Made by a program: the position numbers and the translations under genes. Positions 25,046 to 34,049 of a stretch of DNA of 59,842 nucleotides are shown here, one piece after another (the first letter of the stretch is position 1; the number at the start of each line of letters is the position of its first letter). This DNA is from a virus. The stretch is from the IMG/VR virus record IMGVR_UViG_3300049020_000015, positions 1-59,842 of that record. The stretch is one strand, 5' to 3'. The notes beneath the pieces were generated by a model, which saw only the letters and a list, made by a program, of their open reading frames with translations, was not told the DNA's origin and made no database searches.

Positions 25046-25402
25046 ATGGAAAAGAAACTAACCATCCAATCCCACACCGGCGAGACTTACATCGTCCATA
25101 AGTATATCCTCGACAATGAAGGCAAGCAACATGTCTGGTGTAATGACTGGTATGGGCATCATGTGATAGGAGTGGATTGCGAGTGGGTGCAGACCGGCGC
25201 GGGGTGGATAAAGGCGAGCGAGCGGTTGCCGGAAAGGCACGTTGGTGTAATTGTTAGAAATATGAAAACCTGGCAAGTAAAGGTGATGACAAACTATGGG
25301 CATATTGCTGGCTGGGACGTCGGAATGGATCGCCAGTTCATGTGGGATAATACCGAATGGCTCGACGAAAGCGCCGGCGAAAAGGAGGTAGCCAATGGAT
25401 AG
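25046..25402 (+). CDS. DUF551-like protein
   Basis: GWIKASERLPERHVGVIV resembles the DUF551 core. Confidence 0.55.
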   Translation: MEKKLTIQSHTGETYIVHKYILDNEGKQHVWCNDWYGHHVIGVDCEWVQTGAGWIKASERLPERHVGVIVRNMKTWQVKVMTNYGHIAGWDVGMDRQFMWDNTEWLDESAGEKEVANG

Positions 25403-25694
25403 TTTGATCTACCTGGCAATCCTAATAGCTGTATGTATTGTTTCAGGTTACGTAATAGGATATAACAATGGAAGGAATCAGCCCCGAAAGGTGACCCCCT
25501 ACCAACTCAAACTGCAAACCGCCCTCATCGAAATAGGGAAAGAGGCTAATAAAATCACCCCTACCGATTCCGATATCGATCACTGCCATACAAAGCTACA
25601 GGAAGCAATAACCAAAGGCGACATTAGGGGCCAGCGGAAGTATGGGAGAATGTTGGCTGCTATGGTGGTGAAGTGGATGGTGGAGAGGGGGTGA
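25395..25694 (+). CDS. Small membrane-anchored protein
   Basis: N-terminal TM segment LIYLAILIAVCIVSGYVIGY. Confidence 0.65.
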   Translation: MDSLIYLAILIAVCIVSGYVIGYNNGRNQPRKVTPYQLKLQTALIEIGKEANKITPTDSDIDHCHTKLQEAITKGDIRGQRKYGRMLAAMVVKWMVERG

Positions 25695-25706
25695 AAATGT
25701 AATACT

Positions 25707-25919
25707 ATGAAAGATAAACCAAAACAACTGGGAGAACTGGATATTGCCGTTCAATTCAGGCTGAAGGGCGGGAAGGTCATTTACCGGACTATTGACCATA
25801 TGGAGTCGGTCAGGTGGGTTGCACAGACTAAACGGTGGTGTTTGAATTTGAAGACCAATAAGGCGGAATACCTGTTTTGTGATTTGTTTGTCGTGGAACA
25901 TATTGAAAGTTCAAAATAA
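25707..25919 (+). CDS. Hypothetical protein
   Basis: 70-aa ORF. Confidence 0.6.
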   Translation: MKDKPKQLGELDIAVQFRLKGGKVIYRTIDHMESVRWVAQTKRWCLNLKTNKAEYLFCDLFVVEHIESSK

Positions 25920-25938
25920 AGTGAAAGTCATATCTTTG
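25903..25938 (+). promoter_or_regulatory. Late-promoter-like element: copy A of the TTGAAAGTTCA motif plus a TATCTTTG (-7-like TAnnTTTG) box
   Basis: TTGAAAGTTCA at 25903-25913 and TATCTTTG at 25931-25938, about 32 nt upstream of the terS start. Confidence 0.4.
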
Positions 25939-25969
25939 TGAGACTGAATATTCATGACCAAATCATAAT

Positions 25970-26305
25970 ATGGCATTAGGAGGAGCAAGACCAGGCGCAG
26001 GGCGCAAGCCCAAGGTGGACGAGGAAAAGATCCGCGGGTTAGCTGTGTCTGCAATAGAAAAGAAGCATGGAGATCTTGAGACTGGGTTTATGAAGCTATT
26101 AGAAAGCAATGAGCCCAGCCTTATAAAATTCGTATGGGAGCATGCGGTAGGTAAGCCGAGGGATAAGATGGATGTTGATACGAGTCTCGTTGGGGGCCCT
26201 GCTGTCATCATTCAAATGCCGGCCGGAACCAATATTGACCTGCCTGATAATACCGAAGAACCCGACAACCTAGAAGATGAAGGAAGTCCAATTGTTCAAG
26301 AATGA
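25970..26305 (+). CDS. terS: Terminase small subunit (putative)
   Basis: N-terminal GGARPGAGRKPK motif; lies immediately upstream of, and overlapping, terL. Confidence 0.55.
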   Translation: MALGGARPGAGRKPKVDEEKIRGLAVSAIEKKHGDLETGFMKLLESNEPSLIKFVWEHAVGKPRDKMDVDTSLVGGPAVIIQMPAGTNIDLPDNTEEPDNLEDEGSPIVQE

Positions 26306-27470
26306 GAAAAGCCCCTTGTATTGGGCCAACCTTACTGCTCAACAGAAGATTGTAATCAATCAGGGTGGAACATCCAGCGGGAAAACCGAGGCAATTATGC
26401 GAGTATTGTTTACTATCGCTATTATCCGCAAAGGGTATGTAATAACAGTCACCACTAACACGGTACCAAAGTTAAAGGAAGATGCTCTCCGCATCGCTAA
26501 GAACATTGCTAAGATACCTGAGATCAAGTTATTTATAAAAGACTACAATAGTACTGACCGTACATATACTTTCAATAACGACTCTATAATTGAGTTTAAG
26601 AGCTTCGAGGATGAAGAGGAAGCGAAGGGGGGTAAGCGTCACATACTCTACATTAATGAGGCTACCCGTATACCATACGCTATTTTCTACCAGGCTGATC
26701 TACGTACTAAGGTAAGAACCTACATGGACTATAACCCCACATCCTCGTTTTGGGTGCATGATAAGGTGATCAATTGCCCCACGGGGCCGAAGGGTAAGGA
26801 GTTTGACAGTGTGAAGGTTATACGTAGCTGGCATGAGCATAACCCATACTTGACGGATGCCGAGCACGCCCGTATAGAACGCATAGGCGACAGGGATCTG
26901 TTCAAGGTGTACGCCCGGGGATTAACCGGTAAACTACGAGGAACAATATACAATTGGGATGAGGTAGAAGCGTTCCCGTGGACCGATGGCGTTATCTGGT
27001 ACGTTGACTGGGGGTTCTCTGAAAAAGAGACGGCCGATCCGACGGCATCCGGCCGTATAGCCTACAAGCCGTCTGACAGCGAATACGATTATGTGATCGA
27101 TGAGTTATGTTATGCAAGAGGGTTGGCCCCTGATGTGCTTGCGGATATGATATGGAAGGCCGGCTACAAGACAGGTCAGCCTTGTTATTGCGATCATTCG
27201 CCGGAAGGGATACGAGCTTTGAGATTAAAAGGTATCGCCGCATTCCCCTTTACAAAGGGTCCAGGAAGCATTATTGCCGGGGTATTGTTTATGCGCAACA
27301 AGAAAGTAGCCTACACTTCTCGAAGTGAGAATATAAGGACCGAGGTTAGAAAGTACAAATTCCTTGAGATAGAAGGCATTGTCACCAACACCCCAATTGA
27401 CGAGTTTAATCACCATATGGATGGGACCCGGGGAGCATGCCATACTCACCACCTTGTTACAGGTCAATAG
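26277..27470 (+). CDS. terL: Terminase large subunit
   Basis: Walker A GGTSSGKT, Walker B-like ILYINEA, and C-terminal nuclease acidic motifs (YVDWGFS, YCDHSPE, HHMDG). Confidence 0.85.
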   Translation: MKEVQLFKNEKSPLYWANLTAQQKIVINQGGTSSGKTEAIMRVLFTIAIIRKGYVITVTTNTVPKLKEDALRIAKNIAKIPEIKLFIKDYNSTDRTYTFNNDSIIEFKSFEDEEEAKGGKRHILYINEATRIPYAIFYQADLRTKVRTYMDYNPTSSFWVHDKVINCPTGPKGKEFDSVKVIRSWHEHNPYLTDAEHARIERIGDRDLFKVYARGLTGKLRGTIYNWDEVEAFPWTDGVIWYVDWGFSEKETADPTASGRIAYKPSDSEYDYVIDELCYARGLAPDVLADMIWKAGYKTGQPCYCDHSPEGIRALRLKGIAAFPFTKGPGSIIAGVLFMRNKKVAYTSRSENIRTEVRKYKFLEIEGIVTNTPIDEFNHHMDGTRGACHTHHLVTGQ

Positions 27471-27471
27471 A

Positions 27472-27512
27472 TTTCAAATAAATTTGAAAGTTCAGAATTA
27501 AATGTAACTTAG
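27472..27512 (+). promoter_or_regulatory. Inverted repeat plus promoter-like element (copy B of the TTGAAAGTTCA motif) at the head of the glycan cassette
   Basis: Inverted repeat TTTCAAAT-aa-ATTTGAAA at 27472-27489. TTTG (27483-27486), 18-nt spacer, TAACTTAG (27505-27512). Confidence 0.4.
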
Positions 27513-27529
27513 CTTTTCCCGACGTACGC

Positions 27530-27793
27530 ATGGGTAAGCTGAGTACGTTGACTATGGTTAACGAAATGGGCGTTATAAGTCTTACCACTTATGGCGCCCT
27601 TATTTATTTTATGGCAACAATTATTCTGAAAGACGAGATACTACTACCAGATGCGCGGGGCAGAGATTTCCCTTTTAAAAAAATAGAATGCAGTTGTTGG
27701 CAAAGATCAATTGGCTTTGAAGGTATCGAGGTGAGGATTGAAAATAAAAGCATCAGCATTCCTATCAATAACGTATTAGCCATTATCGAATGA
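27530..27793 (+). CDS. Hypothetical protein
   Basis: 87-aa ORF, first gene of the cassette. Confidence 0.6.
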   Translation: MGKLSTLTMVNEMGVISLTTYGALIYFMATIILKDEILLPDARGRDFPFKKIECSCWQRSIGFEGIEVRIENKSISIPINNVLAIIE

Positions 27794-28509
27794 CCGACAT
27801 CTGCATCCCACTCAATAACCGGTCAACGGTCAACAACTTGGAGCTGCGTTATTGTCTACGCAGCATCGAGAAGCATTTATCCCGCGTCGGCAACATCTTC
27901 ATCATTGGCTATTGCCCTGATTGGGTTCAAAACATTATCCATATACCTACTGACGAAGACCCGCGTAACCGGTTCAGAGATCGTAATATCATGAACAAGA
28001 TGCTGGCGGCGTGCAAGGATGAGCGCGTGAGTGATGACTTCCTGATGGTGCATGATGATCATTTCCTGTTGGTAAACTATGTAGCAAGAGCTTTCCCTTA
28101 TTACCATTGTGGGCATATGGTGCCGGGGGACGGGCAATATGGGGAGACAAAGCGAAATACATTATCAATTCTGGGAAGGCCGATTTATGACGAGGTAAAG
28201 AACTTTGATACCCATTGCCCAATACTCTTTAATAAAGAGAGGTTTATGCGGAGTGCACCTTTGGCCGACTGGAATAGATGGTATGGTTACTGCCTAAAGA
28301 CGTTGTACTGTGTAATGAACGGGATTGAGGGCGAGTATATGGATGATATAAAAATACGCATGCCCTTACAGGCAGATGAGATAAACCAGGCTATTGCCGG
28401 CCGTACATGGTTCAGCATTGGCGACCGGTGCTGGGCGCCCAATGGGATGAAAGAAATATTACAAGACTTATATCCAATACCAAGCAAGTATGAAAAAGGA
28501 AACGATTGA
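27790..28509 (+). CDS. Stealth-CR2-like sugar(-phosphate) transferase-like protein
   Basis: NNLELRYCLRSIEKHLSRVGNIFIIGYCPDWV resembles the Stealth CR2 block (N.ELRYSLRS...PW). An HDDH acidic motif is also present. Confidence 0.5.
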   Translation: MTDICIPLNNRSTVNNLELRYCLRSIEKHLSRVGNIFIIGYCPDWVQNIIHIPTDEDPRNRFRDRNIMNKMLAACKDERVSDDFLMVHDDHFLLVNYVARAFPYYHCGHMVPGDGQYGETKRNTLSILGRPIYDEVKNFDTHCPILFNKERFMRSAPLADWNRWYGYCLKTLYCVMNGIEGEYMDDIKIRMPLQADEINQAIAGRTWFSIGDRCWAPNGMKEILQDLYPIPSKYEKGND

Positions 28510-28717
28510 TATTGATACATCAAAGAACGCTGAAGTGAATAAGGGCGAACCGGGACTACCGGTGAAGATACCATTATCAATTGTGAGGTGGTTGGCCTAT
28601 TCGATAGGGATTGCCTTATTGTTAATTCCTTTTCATTTAACCTTTTGGCAGGGGATAAACGGCTCTTTGCTGCTCGGCCACTTCGCAAGTCAACTTAATG
28701 CGTTAATTAAAAAGTAG
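28490..28717 (+). CDS. Small membrane protein (about 2 TM)
   Basis: WLAYSIGIALLLIPFHLTFW and GSLLLGHFASQL. Confidence 0.55.
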   Translation: MKKETIDIDTSKNAEVNKGEPGLPVKIPLSIVRWLAYSIGIALLLIPFHLTFWQGINGSLLLGHFASQLNALIKK

Positions 28718-28718
28718 T

Positions 28719-28925
28719 ATGAAAACACTCAGGCATATATTCATTGCGCTTTTCTTGGCTGGTGTTGCTTATTGCATTGCTGCATCTGCAACAGAGTGGT
28801 GGATAGATGAGTTAAAGTCGTCGGGCGGCATGGTGACAGCAAGGGATTTAGTAGGCGCCCAATTTACGCCATGGGGCGCGGCATTGTTAGTTTTTGGCGG
28901 TTACTTAAAATTAGTATGGGAATGA
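28719..28925 (+). CDS. Small membrane protein (2 TM)
   Basis: IFIALFLAGVAYCIAASA and WGAALLVFGGYL. Confidence 0.6.
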   Translation: MKTLRHIFIALFLAGVAYCIAASATEWWIDELKSSGGMVTARDLVGAQFTPWGAALLVFGGYLKLVWE

Positions 28926-29578
28926 CCATCTGTTATTCATTTGCCAGCCGGTCAAGGCCGGAGCGATTCTTTGAGACACTCGATAATGTGCGCACTATGA
29001 GCGCCAGTGATGATTATTTCGTAGTGGCTAAGCTGGACACCGACGACCTAATGATGTACAATGATAACGTAAGATGTCGCATCGAACAGGCTCAGACCCC
29101 TATCATTTCAAGGTGGGGTACCAGTCAAAGTAAGATACACGCAATTAATAGATCATTAGATAACTTACCCCACTGGGACATTCTTGTCTGCCTCAGTGAT
29201 GATATGCGCTTTCGTACTCACGGATTCGACAACCTTATCCGTCAACACATGCCGGCCGATCTTGACGGGTTTGTTCATTTAATGGATGATTACGCTAAAG
29301 ACCGGGTATGCACGGTGAGTATATTGGGCCGCAAGTATTATGAACGCGATGGGTACATATATCACCCTGACTATTATTCGATGTGGTGCGATGATGAAGC
29401 GCAAGCTGTTGCCCAGCTGAGAGGTAAATATATTTTAGTGCCTGGTACTCATATTGAGCATCTACATTATACAAATAATGCAAAGGCAAAAAAAGATGAA
29501 TTGTATTGGAGAAACGATACTTATAATAAGGATAAAGAAGTGTTTTTAAAACGACAATTGCTAAACTTTGACTTATGA
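28922..29578 (+). CDS. GT-A fold glycosyltransferase-like protein
   Basis: ATGA overlap at 28922. MTICYSFASRSRPERF...VCLSDDMRF (DxD-like). Confidence 0.55.
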   Translation: MTICYSFASRSRPERFFETLDNVRTMSASDDYFVVAKLDTDDLMMYNDNVRCRIEQAQTPIISRWGTSQSKIHAINRSLDNLPHWDILVCLSDDMRFRTHGFDNLIRQHMPADLDGFVHLMDDYAKDRVCTVSILGRKYYERDGYIYHPDYYSMWCDDEAQAVAQLRGKYILVPGTHIEHLHYTNNAKAKKDELYWRNDTYNKDKEVFLKRQLLNFDL

Positions 29579-30126
29579 GTGACGAAAAGTGGAAGGCTAT
29601 CCCAAACACCAATGGCGCGTATGAAGTAAGCAACTATGGTCGGCTCAGGTCATATTTAGGGCAGGGCGCCAGAAAAAAATCTAAAGAGCCTGTAATGCTT
29701 AGCATAACAATAAACGGGAACGGCTACCCAGCAAAGCATATAAGAGGAGTTAATTTACGCATCCACCGACTTGTAGCGGAGGCGTTTATTCCTAACCCTT
29801 CAGGGTTACCTATGGTTAACCACATTGACGGCGATAAAACAAATAACCATATATCTAACCTTGAATGGTGCGATAAGAGTCATAATGAACGCCATGCTGA
29901 ACGAATGGGGCTTAAGAATAAGGCAAGGGGAGAAGGCTGTAATAAGTCGCAATTGACCGATGCGGATGTTATGGAAATATATAAATCAAACTTAGGGACC
30001 AGAGAATTGGGGCGTCAATACGGTGTCAATCACTCCGCAATATCGAATATAAAAACAGGCAGAACCTGGAATCACATAACAGGTGCGCCAATTGTACCTA
30101 ATAAGCGAAATGTATCATTCAAATGA
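29575..30126 (+). CDS. HNH homing endonuclease (NUMOD4 + HNH_3 + C-terminal HTH)
   Basis: WKAIPNTNGAYEVSNYGRLRS and VNHIDGDKTNNHISNLEWCDKSHN. ATGA overlaps at both ends. Confidence 0.85.
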   Translation: MSDEKWKAIPNTNGAYEVSNYGRLRSYLGQGARKKSKEPVMLSITINGNGYPAKHIRGVNLRIHRLVAEAFIPNPSGLPMVNHIDGDKTNNHISNLEWCDKSHNERHAERMGLKNKARGEGCNKSQLTDADVMEIYKSNLGTRELGRQYGVNHSAISNIKTGRTWNHITGAPIVPNKRNVSFK

Positions 30127-30698
30127 CACCAAAACTATCAATACTCATTCCAACGGTGCCAGGACGAGAGCAATTCTTTGATAGGATAGTGAAACACGTG
30201 TCAAGTCAAACGGTTGATTATTACTTAAAGCACGGCGTCGACATTGAAATACGTTCAGACAAGACAACCGATATATCGATAGGTGCCAAACGAAATCTAT
30301 TATTGCAGGAGTCGCGCGGCGAATACATCTGTTTCATCGATGATGACGATCGAATAGCCGATGATTACATTGAACTGGTAATGGCGGGCATTGCGACCAA
30401 TCCTGACTGCTGTTCGCTTAACGGGATCATTACCACAGACAGCAAAGACCCGAAACCGTTCAAGCATTCAATAGATTATGATTCGATGTATGAGCGCGAC
30501 GGTGTTTACTACCGGCCACCCAATCACCTCAATACCGTGAGATCATCGATTGCCAAACAGATGACATTCCCTGATTGGCAGCGAAGCGAGGATAGCAACT
30601 ATTGTTTCCAACTCCGGGATAGTGGACTACTGAAAGTGGAGTATAAGGTCGAGCAGACGTTATATTTTTATGATTACGTAAGCGATAAAAATTATTGA
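30123..30698 (+). CDS. Family 2 glycosyltransferase
   Basis: KLSILIPTVPGREQFFDRIVKHV ... ICFIDDDDRIADDYI. Confidence 0.75.
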   Translation: MTPKLSILIPTVPGREQFFDRIVKHVSSQTVDYYLKHGVDIEIRSDKTTDISIGAKRNLLLQESRGEYICFIDDDDRIADDYIELVMAGIATNPDCCSLNGIITTDSKDPKPFKHSIDYDSMYERDGVYYRPPNHLNTVRSSIAKQMTFPDWQRSEDSNYCFQLRDSGLLKVEYKVEQTLYFYDYVSDKNY

Positions 30699-30699
30699 T

Positions 30700-30855
30700 A
30701 TGGGTATGAAACTAGGACCAACATTAACCGCTGAACAAGAGTTCCGACGTGAAATCATAGCTAGAATTGAATATTGGGAGAATCGAGAGGACGGCAAGGA
30801 GTATGCCGAGTATTATAAATCAATATTAAGGGGCTTATTAAACAAGGACAAATGA
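30700..30855 (+). CDS. Hypothetical small protein (51 aa)
   Basis: Hand-translated ORF that fills the gap, with ATGA overlap to 30852. Confidence 0.4.
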   Translation: MGMKLGPTLTAEQEFRREIIARIEYWENREDGKEYAEYYKSILRGLLNKDK

Positions 30856-31700
30856 ACGCGATCGCATATTCATTATTCGGTTACAACCAACAACATGAAA
30901 ATTGTTACGACTTCCGGGCATACCTACGTGGTCTACATCTTAATATTCGCATTGCAGAACTGCTTTATCCAGGGTGGTCTATTTGCGTGGCAATAGACCA
31001 ATCGGTGCATTATTCGCCATATAGGGAATACTTCACCAACCTGGCATTGGATAAAAGATTAGATGTTTATCTACAGGCTACCCGCCCTTTGTGCGAAATG
31101 ATGCTGTATCGGTTGTTGCCTATGTTCATGATCGAGGATGATAAAAACAAATACGACCGCATTATCTGCCGCGACACTGACAGCTTGTTATCCTACCGCG
31201 AACGACAAGCAGTTTCCTATTGGGAACGAGGCCCCAAGATGGCACACGCAATTACCGACAGCGTAAGCCATAACATAACCCTTATGGGCGGTATGATCGG
31301 GTTCCAGTCCGGCCCCTTCCGCGCACGCATGGGCGTTAAGTCATTCGACGAACTACTATCACTCAGCCAGGGTATTGACTTTAATAACAAGGGCGCCGAT
31401 CAGGATTTCCTGAACCGGTACGTATTGCCCAAGGTAGCCGACAGCATCACCGAGCATTTCGTTCTTGGGCACCCTCAGACGTTCAGGGGCGATTGCCACA
31501 ACTTCATACACGATATTGACCTGAAAGAAATAGGGGTCCCTGATGAGCTTAAGGAGACCAACGGGTATGGCTTTCATGTTGGTGCCAGTGGCATGCAAAC
31601 TGATGCGGTGGTAAAGTTCCTGCAGAAGCATGGCAAGGATAATGAGTATTGGGAGGGGATCGAGAAACAATATCCATCTATATTTTATTGGATGCTATGA
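30852..31700 (+). CDS. Putative glycosyltransferase-like protein (DxD motif)
   Basis: 282 aa; IICRDTDSLLSY is DxD-like. The call rests on context within the GT cluster. Confidence 0.4.
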   Translation: MNAIAYSLFGYNQQHENCYDFRAYLRGLHLNIRIAELLYPGWSICVAIDQSVHYSPYREYFTNLALDKRLDVYLQATRPLCEMMLYRLLPMFMIEDDKNKYDRIICRDTDSLLSYRERQAVSYWERGPKMAHAITDSVSHNITLMGGMIGFQSGPFRARMGVKSFDELLSLSQGIDFNNKGADQDFLNRYVLPKVADSITEHFVLGHPQTFRGDCHNFIHDIDLKEIGVPDELKETNGYGFHVGASGMQTDAVVKFLQKHGKDNEYWEGIEKQYPSIFYWML

Positions 31701-32437
31701 TCAAAGGAATTTATAAAATTACATCACCCACCGGGAAGGTATACATTGGGCAAAGCATTGATATTGAAAAGCGCTTTAGAATATATAAACGCGTTAAACC
31801 ATGCTTTGCTCAAAAAACATTATACCAATCCCTTATGAAGCACGGTGTGGGCGCTCATAGTTTTGACGTGTTGCATCAATTGCCAAACGATGTAGACGAC
31901 GATATACTGAACGTTTATGAAATATTGTATATAGCCCAACACAAATCCTGTGGGATAAAAATGCTGAACATGTCAAATGGAGGTCGTGGACGCGCATGTT
32001 CAGTTTCAGAGGAAACGAAGAAGAAGATAAGCCAAGCCCATAAGGGTAAAGTTGTTTCAGAAGAATCAAGGATTAGAATGAGCAATGCTCAAAAAGGCGG
32101 GAAAAGGTCAGAGGCACATAAGGCGGCATTGAGCTGGAAGGGGCGTAAGCATAAAGAGGAAACAAAGAGAAAAATAGGAGCTAAGTCAAAGCTTAGATCA
32201 GGCGAACTGAATTGTAATTATGGCAAGAAACGATCAGAGGAAACAAAACAAAAGCAGAGCGAGGCGCTAAAAGGGAAATACGTTGGGGAGAAAGCCGCTA
32301 ATTTCGGAACAAAGCACAAACCGGAAAGCCTTCAAAAGATGCAACAAACTCATTTAAAAAAATGGTCTGATCCAGAGTATAAGGCGAAAATGAGACAAGC
32401 AGCCATTGACAGATGGAAGCGACAAAAAGAAAAATAA
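31697..32437 (+). CDS. GIY-YIG homing endonuclease with NUMOD3 repeats
   Basis: GIYKITSPTGKVYIGQS...KRFRIYK, then repeated EETKKKISQAHKGK-type NUMOD3 units. ATGA overlap at 31697. Confidence 0.85.
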   Translation: MIKGIYKITSPTGKVYIGQSIDIEKRFRIYKRVKPCFAQKTLYQSLMKHGVGAHSFDVLHQLPNDVDDDILNVYEILYIAQHKSCGIKMLNMSNGGRGRACSVSEETKKKISQAHKGKVVSEESRIRMSNAQKGGKRSEAHKAALSWKGRKHKEETKRKIGAKSKLRSGELNCNYGKKRSEETKQKQSEALKGKYVGEKAANFGTKHKPESLQKMQQTHLKKWSDPEYKAKMRQAAIDRWKRQKEK

Positions 32438-32442
32438 TTATT

Positions 32443-33189
32443 ATGAATAAGTATTGTGTACTTTCTGTAGACAACAACTCTGACTACTACAGCCTACTGC
32501 CGCTCGTCTGCCATAGCTGGCAGAAACTGGGTTATCAGCCGGTGATCATATTTGCCAACGCGCCATACAATACATGGAAGATAATAATGGACGCATGCCC
32601 CGATGCTAAGAGTCACATTATCCATCCGGTAGAAGGCGTTAAAGATTCAACATTGGCGCAACTACAAAGGTTATTTATGGGTGTGCATGCGCCTGAACAA
32701 GACGATATAATGATCAGTGCTGATGCCGACATGGTTATCGCCTCCGACATCTTCACCCACGACGTAAGCCAGGGGCAAATTGTTTCCTATGGTTACGACC
32801 TCACTGGCCGGTCAGAACTACCTATCTGCTATGTAAAGGCAACAGCTGCCAAATGGCGTGAGCTTATGGGCGAGTTTCATATCCCCGATGCCGCGTATAG
32901 CGACCAGTGGGAGACTTATTGGAGCACTGACCAACAGCTGTTAACCCAGCGCGCACACGAGTATGGCATGGGGAGGATAACCTTCGTTGACCGGGGCAAC
33001 CAGAATAAACACGGGTTGCCTACGGGCAGATGGGACCGCTACGATTGGGCGCATATCCCCGACGCCATCATCGACGTGCATATGAAGCGTAACGATTGGG
33101 ACGCTCAATACCAGGTCGCGGAAAGAATATGGCCCGGTGAAGATCATTCATTCATTACTAAATTTAGGGAGGCGTTAAATGGATTATAA
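32443..33189 (+). CDS. Putative glycosyltransferase-like protein (DxD motif)
   Basis: IMISADADMVIASD is DxD-like. ATG at 32443, after the endonuclease stop. Confidence 0.4.
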   Translation: MNKYCVLSVDNNSDYYSLLPLVCHSWQKLGYQPVIIFANAPYNTWKIIMDACPDAKSHIIHPVEGVKDSTLAQLQRLFMGVHAPEQDDIMISADADMVIASDIFTHDVSQGQIVSYGYDLTGRSELPICYVKATAAKWRELMGEFHIPDAAYSDQWETYWSTDQQLLTQRAHEYGMGRITFVDRGNQNKHGLPTGRWDRYDWAHIPDAIIDVHMKRNDWDAQYQVAERIWPGEDHSFITKFREALNGL

Positions 33190-33757
33190 GACCATTCAGG
33201 AAGGCTTAGATGTAATTGGCAAAAGCGACCGATGGGGCTTTTTAAAGACGTCAGGCAATTGGGATAATCATAAACCATTGCTTTTAATAGGGCTGACATT
33301 AGCCGAAGGCGCCGTAATAGAGCTAGGCAGCGGCGATGGTAGCACGTTGGTCTTGCGCCAGTACTGCGAATATACCGGTCGCATATTTCAGTCCTTCGAT
33401 AATAACGAAGAATGGTGTAAAAAGACCGGCGCTAAGCATGTATCAAATTGGGATGATGTCATAGCAGAGGCGGTAACAATAAAGTTTGGCCTCATCTTCA
33501 TCGACCACGCGCCAGGTGAACGCCGTTACCTCGATGCTATTGCCCTTGCCAATGCCGCTGATGTATTGGTGCTGCATGACACGGAAGAAGGAGGGGCGGG
33601 CAATTATTCATGGTCAAAGGCATGGCCGCACTTCAAATACCGCCTCAACTACAACAAGACAGGCGGCGGTGCAGGGGCTACCCTGGTGAGCAATAAGATT
33701 GATGTTAACCGGTTCAGAGGTTTATCTTTGGGATCATACACTTTTGATAACGATTAA
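33179..33757 (+). CDS. Class I SAM-dependent methyltransferase
   Basis: Motif I VIELGSGDGST; post-I/II FIDHAP...VLVLHD. Confidence 0.7.
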   Translation: MDYKTIQEGLDVIGKSDRWGFLKTSGNWDNHKPLLLIGLTLAEGAVIELGSGDGSTLVLRQYCEYTGRIFQSFDNNEEWCKKTGAKHVSNWDDVIAEAVTIKFGLIFIDHAPGERRYLDAIALANAADVLVLHDTEEGGAGNYSWSKAWPHFKYRLNYNKTGGGAGATLVSNKIDVNRFRGLSLGSYTFDND

Positions 33758-33767
33758 TTATTTAAGT

Positions 33768-34031
33768 ATGAAAATCCCTCAGAACATTATTACAAAGTAC
33801 AGCCTCTATGAGACAAATGAGCAACTTGGCCAATCGTTCATGAATGGTCTGAAAGTGTACAAATCTACACGTCCAGATATTGAGCATTTACGTTTTGCCG
33901 AATGCGATATACACGGGAATCCAACAAGTTACATTGCAATAATGAATGTACAGGAGAAAAAGATAATCCAAGTTACTACAGAATTCATGAATGATATTGC
34001 CTTTGAAGCCATGTTAAATGAAGCATTATGA
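33768..34031 (+). CDS. Hypothetical protein
   Basis: ATG at 33768, after the upstream stop; 87 aa. Confidence 0.55.
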   Translation: MKIPQNIITKYSLYETNEQLGQSFMNGLKVYKSTRPDIEHLRFAECDIHGNPTSYIAIMNVQEKKIIQVTTEFMNDIAFEAMLNEAL

Positions 34032-34049
34032 TCGATCTAAACCACTGCA

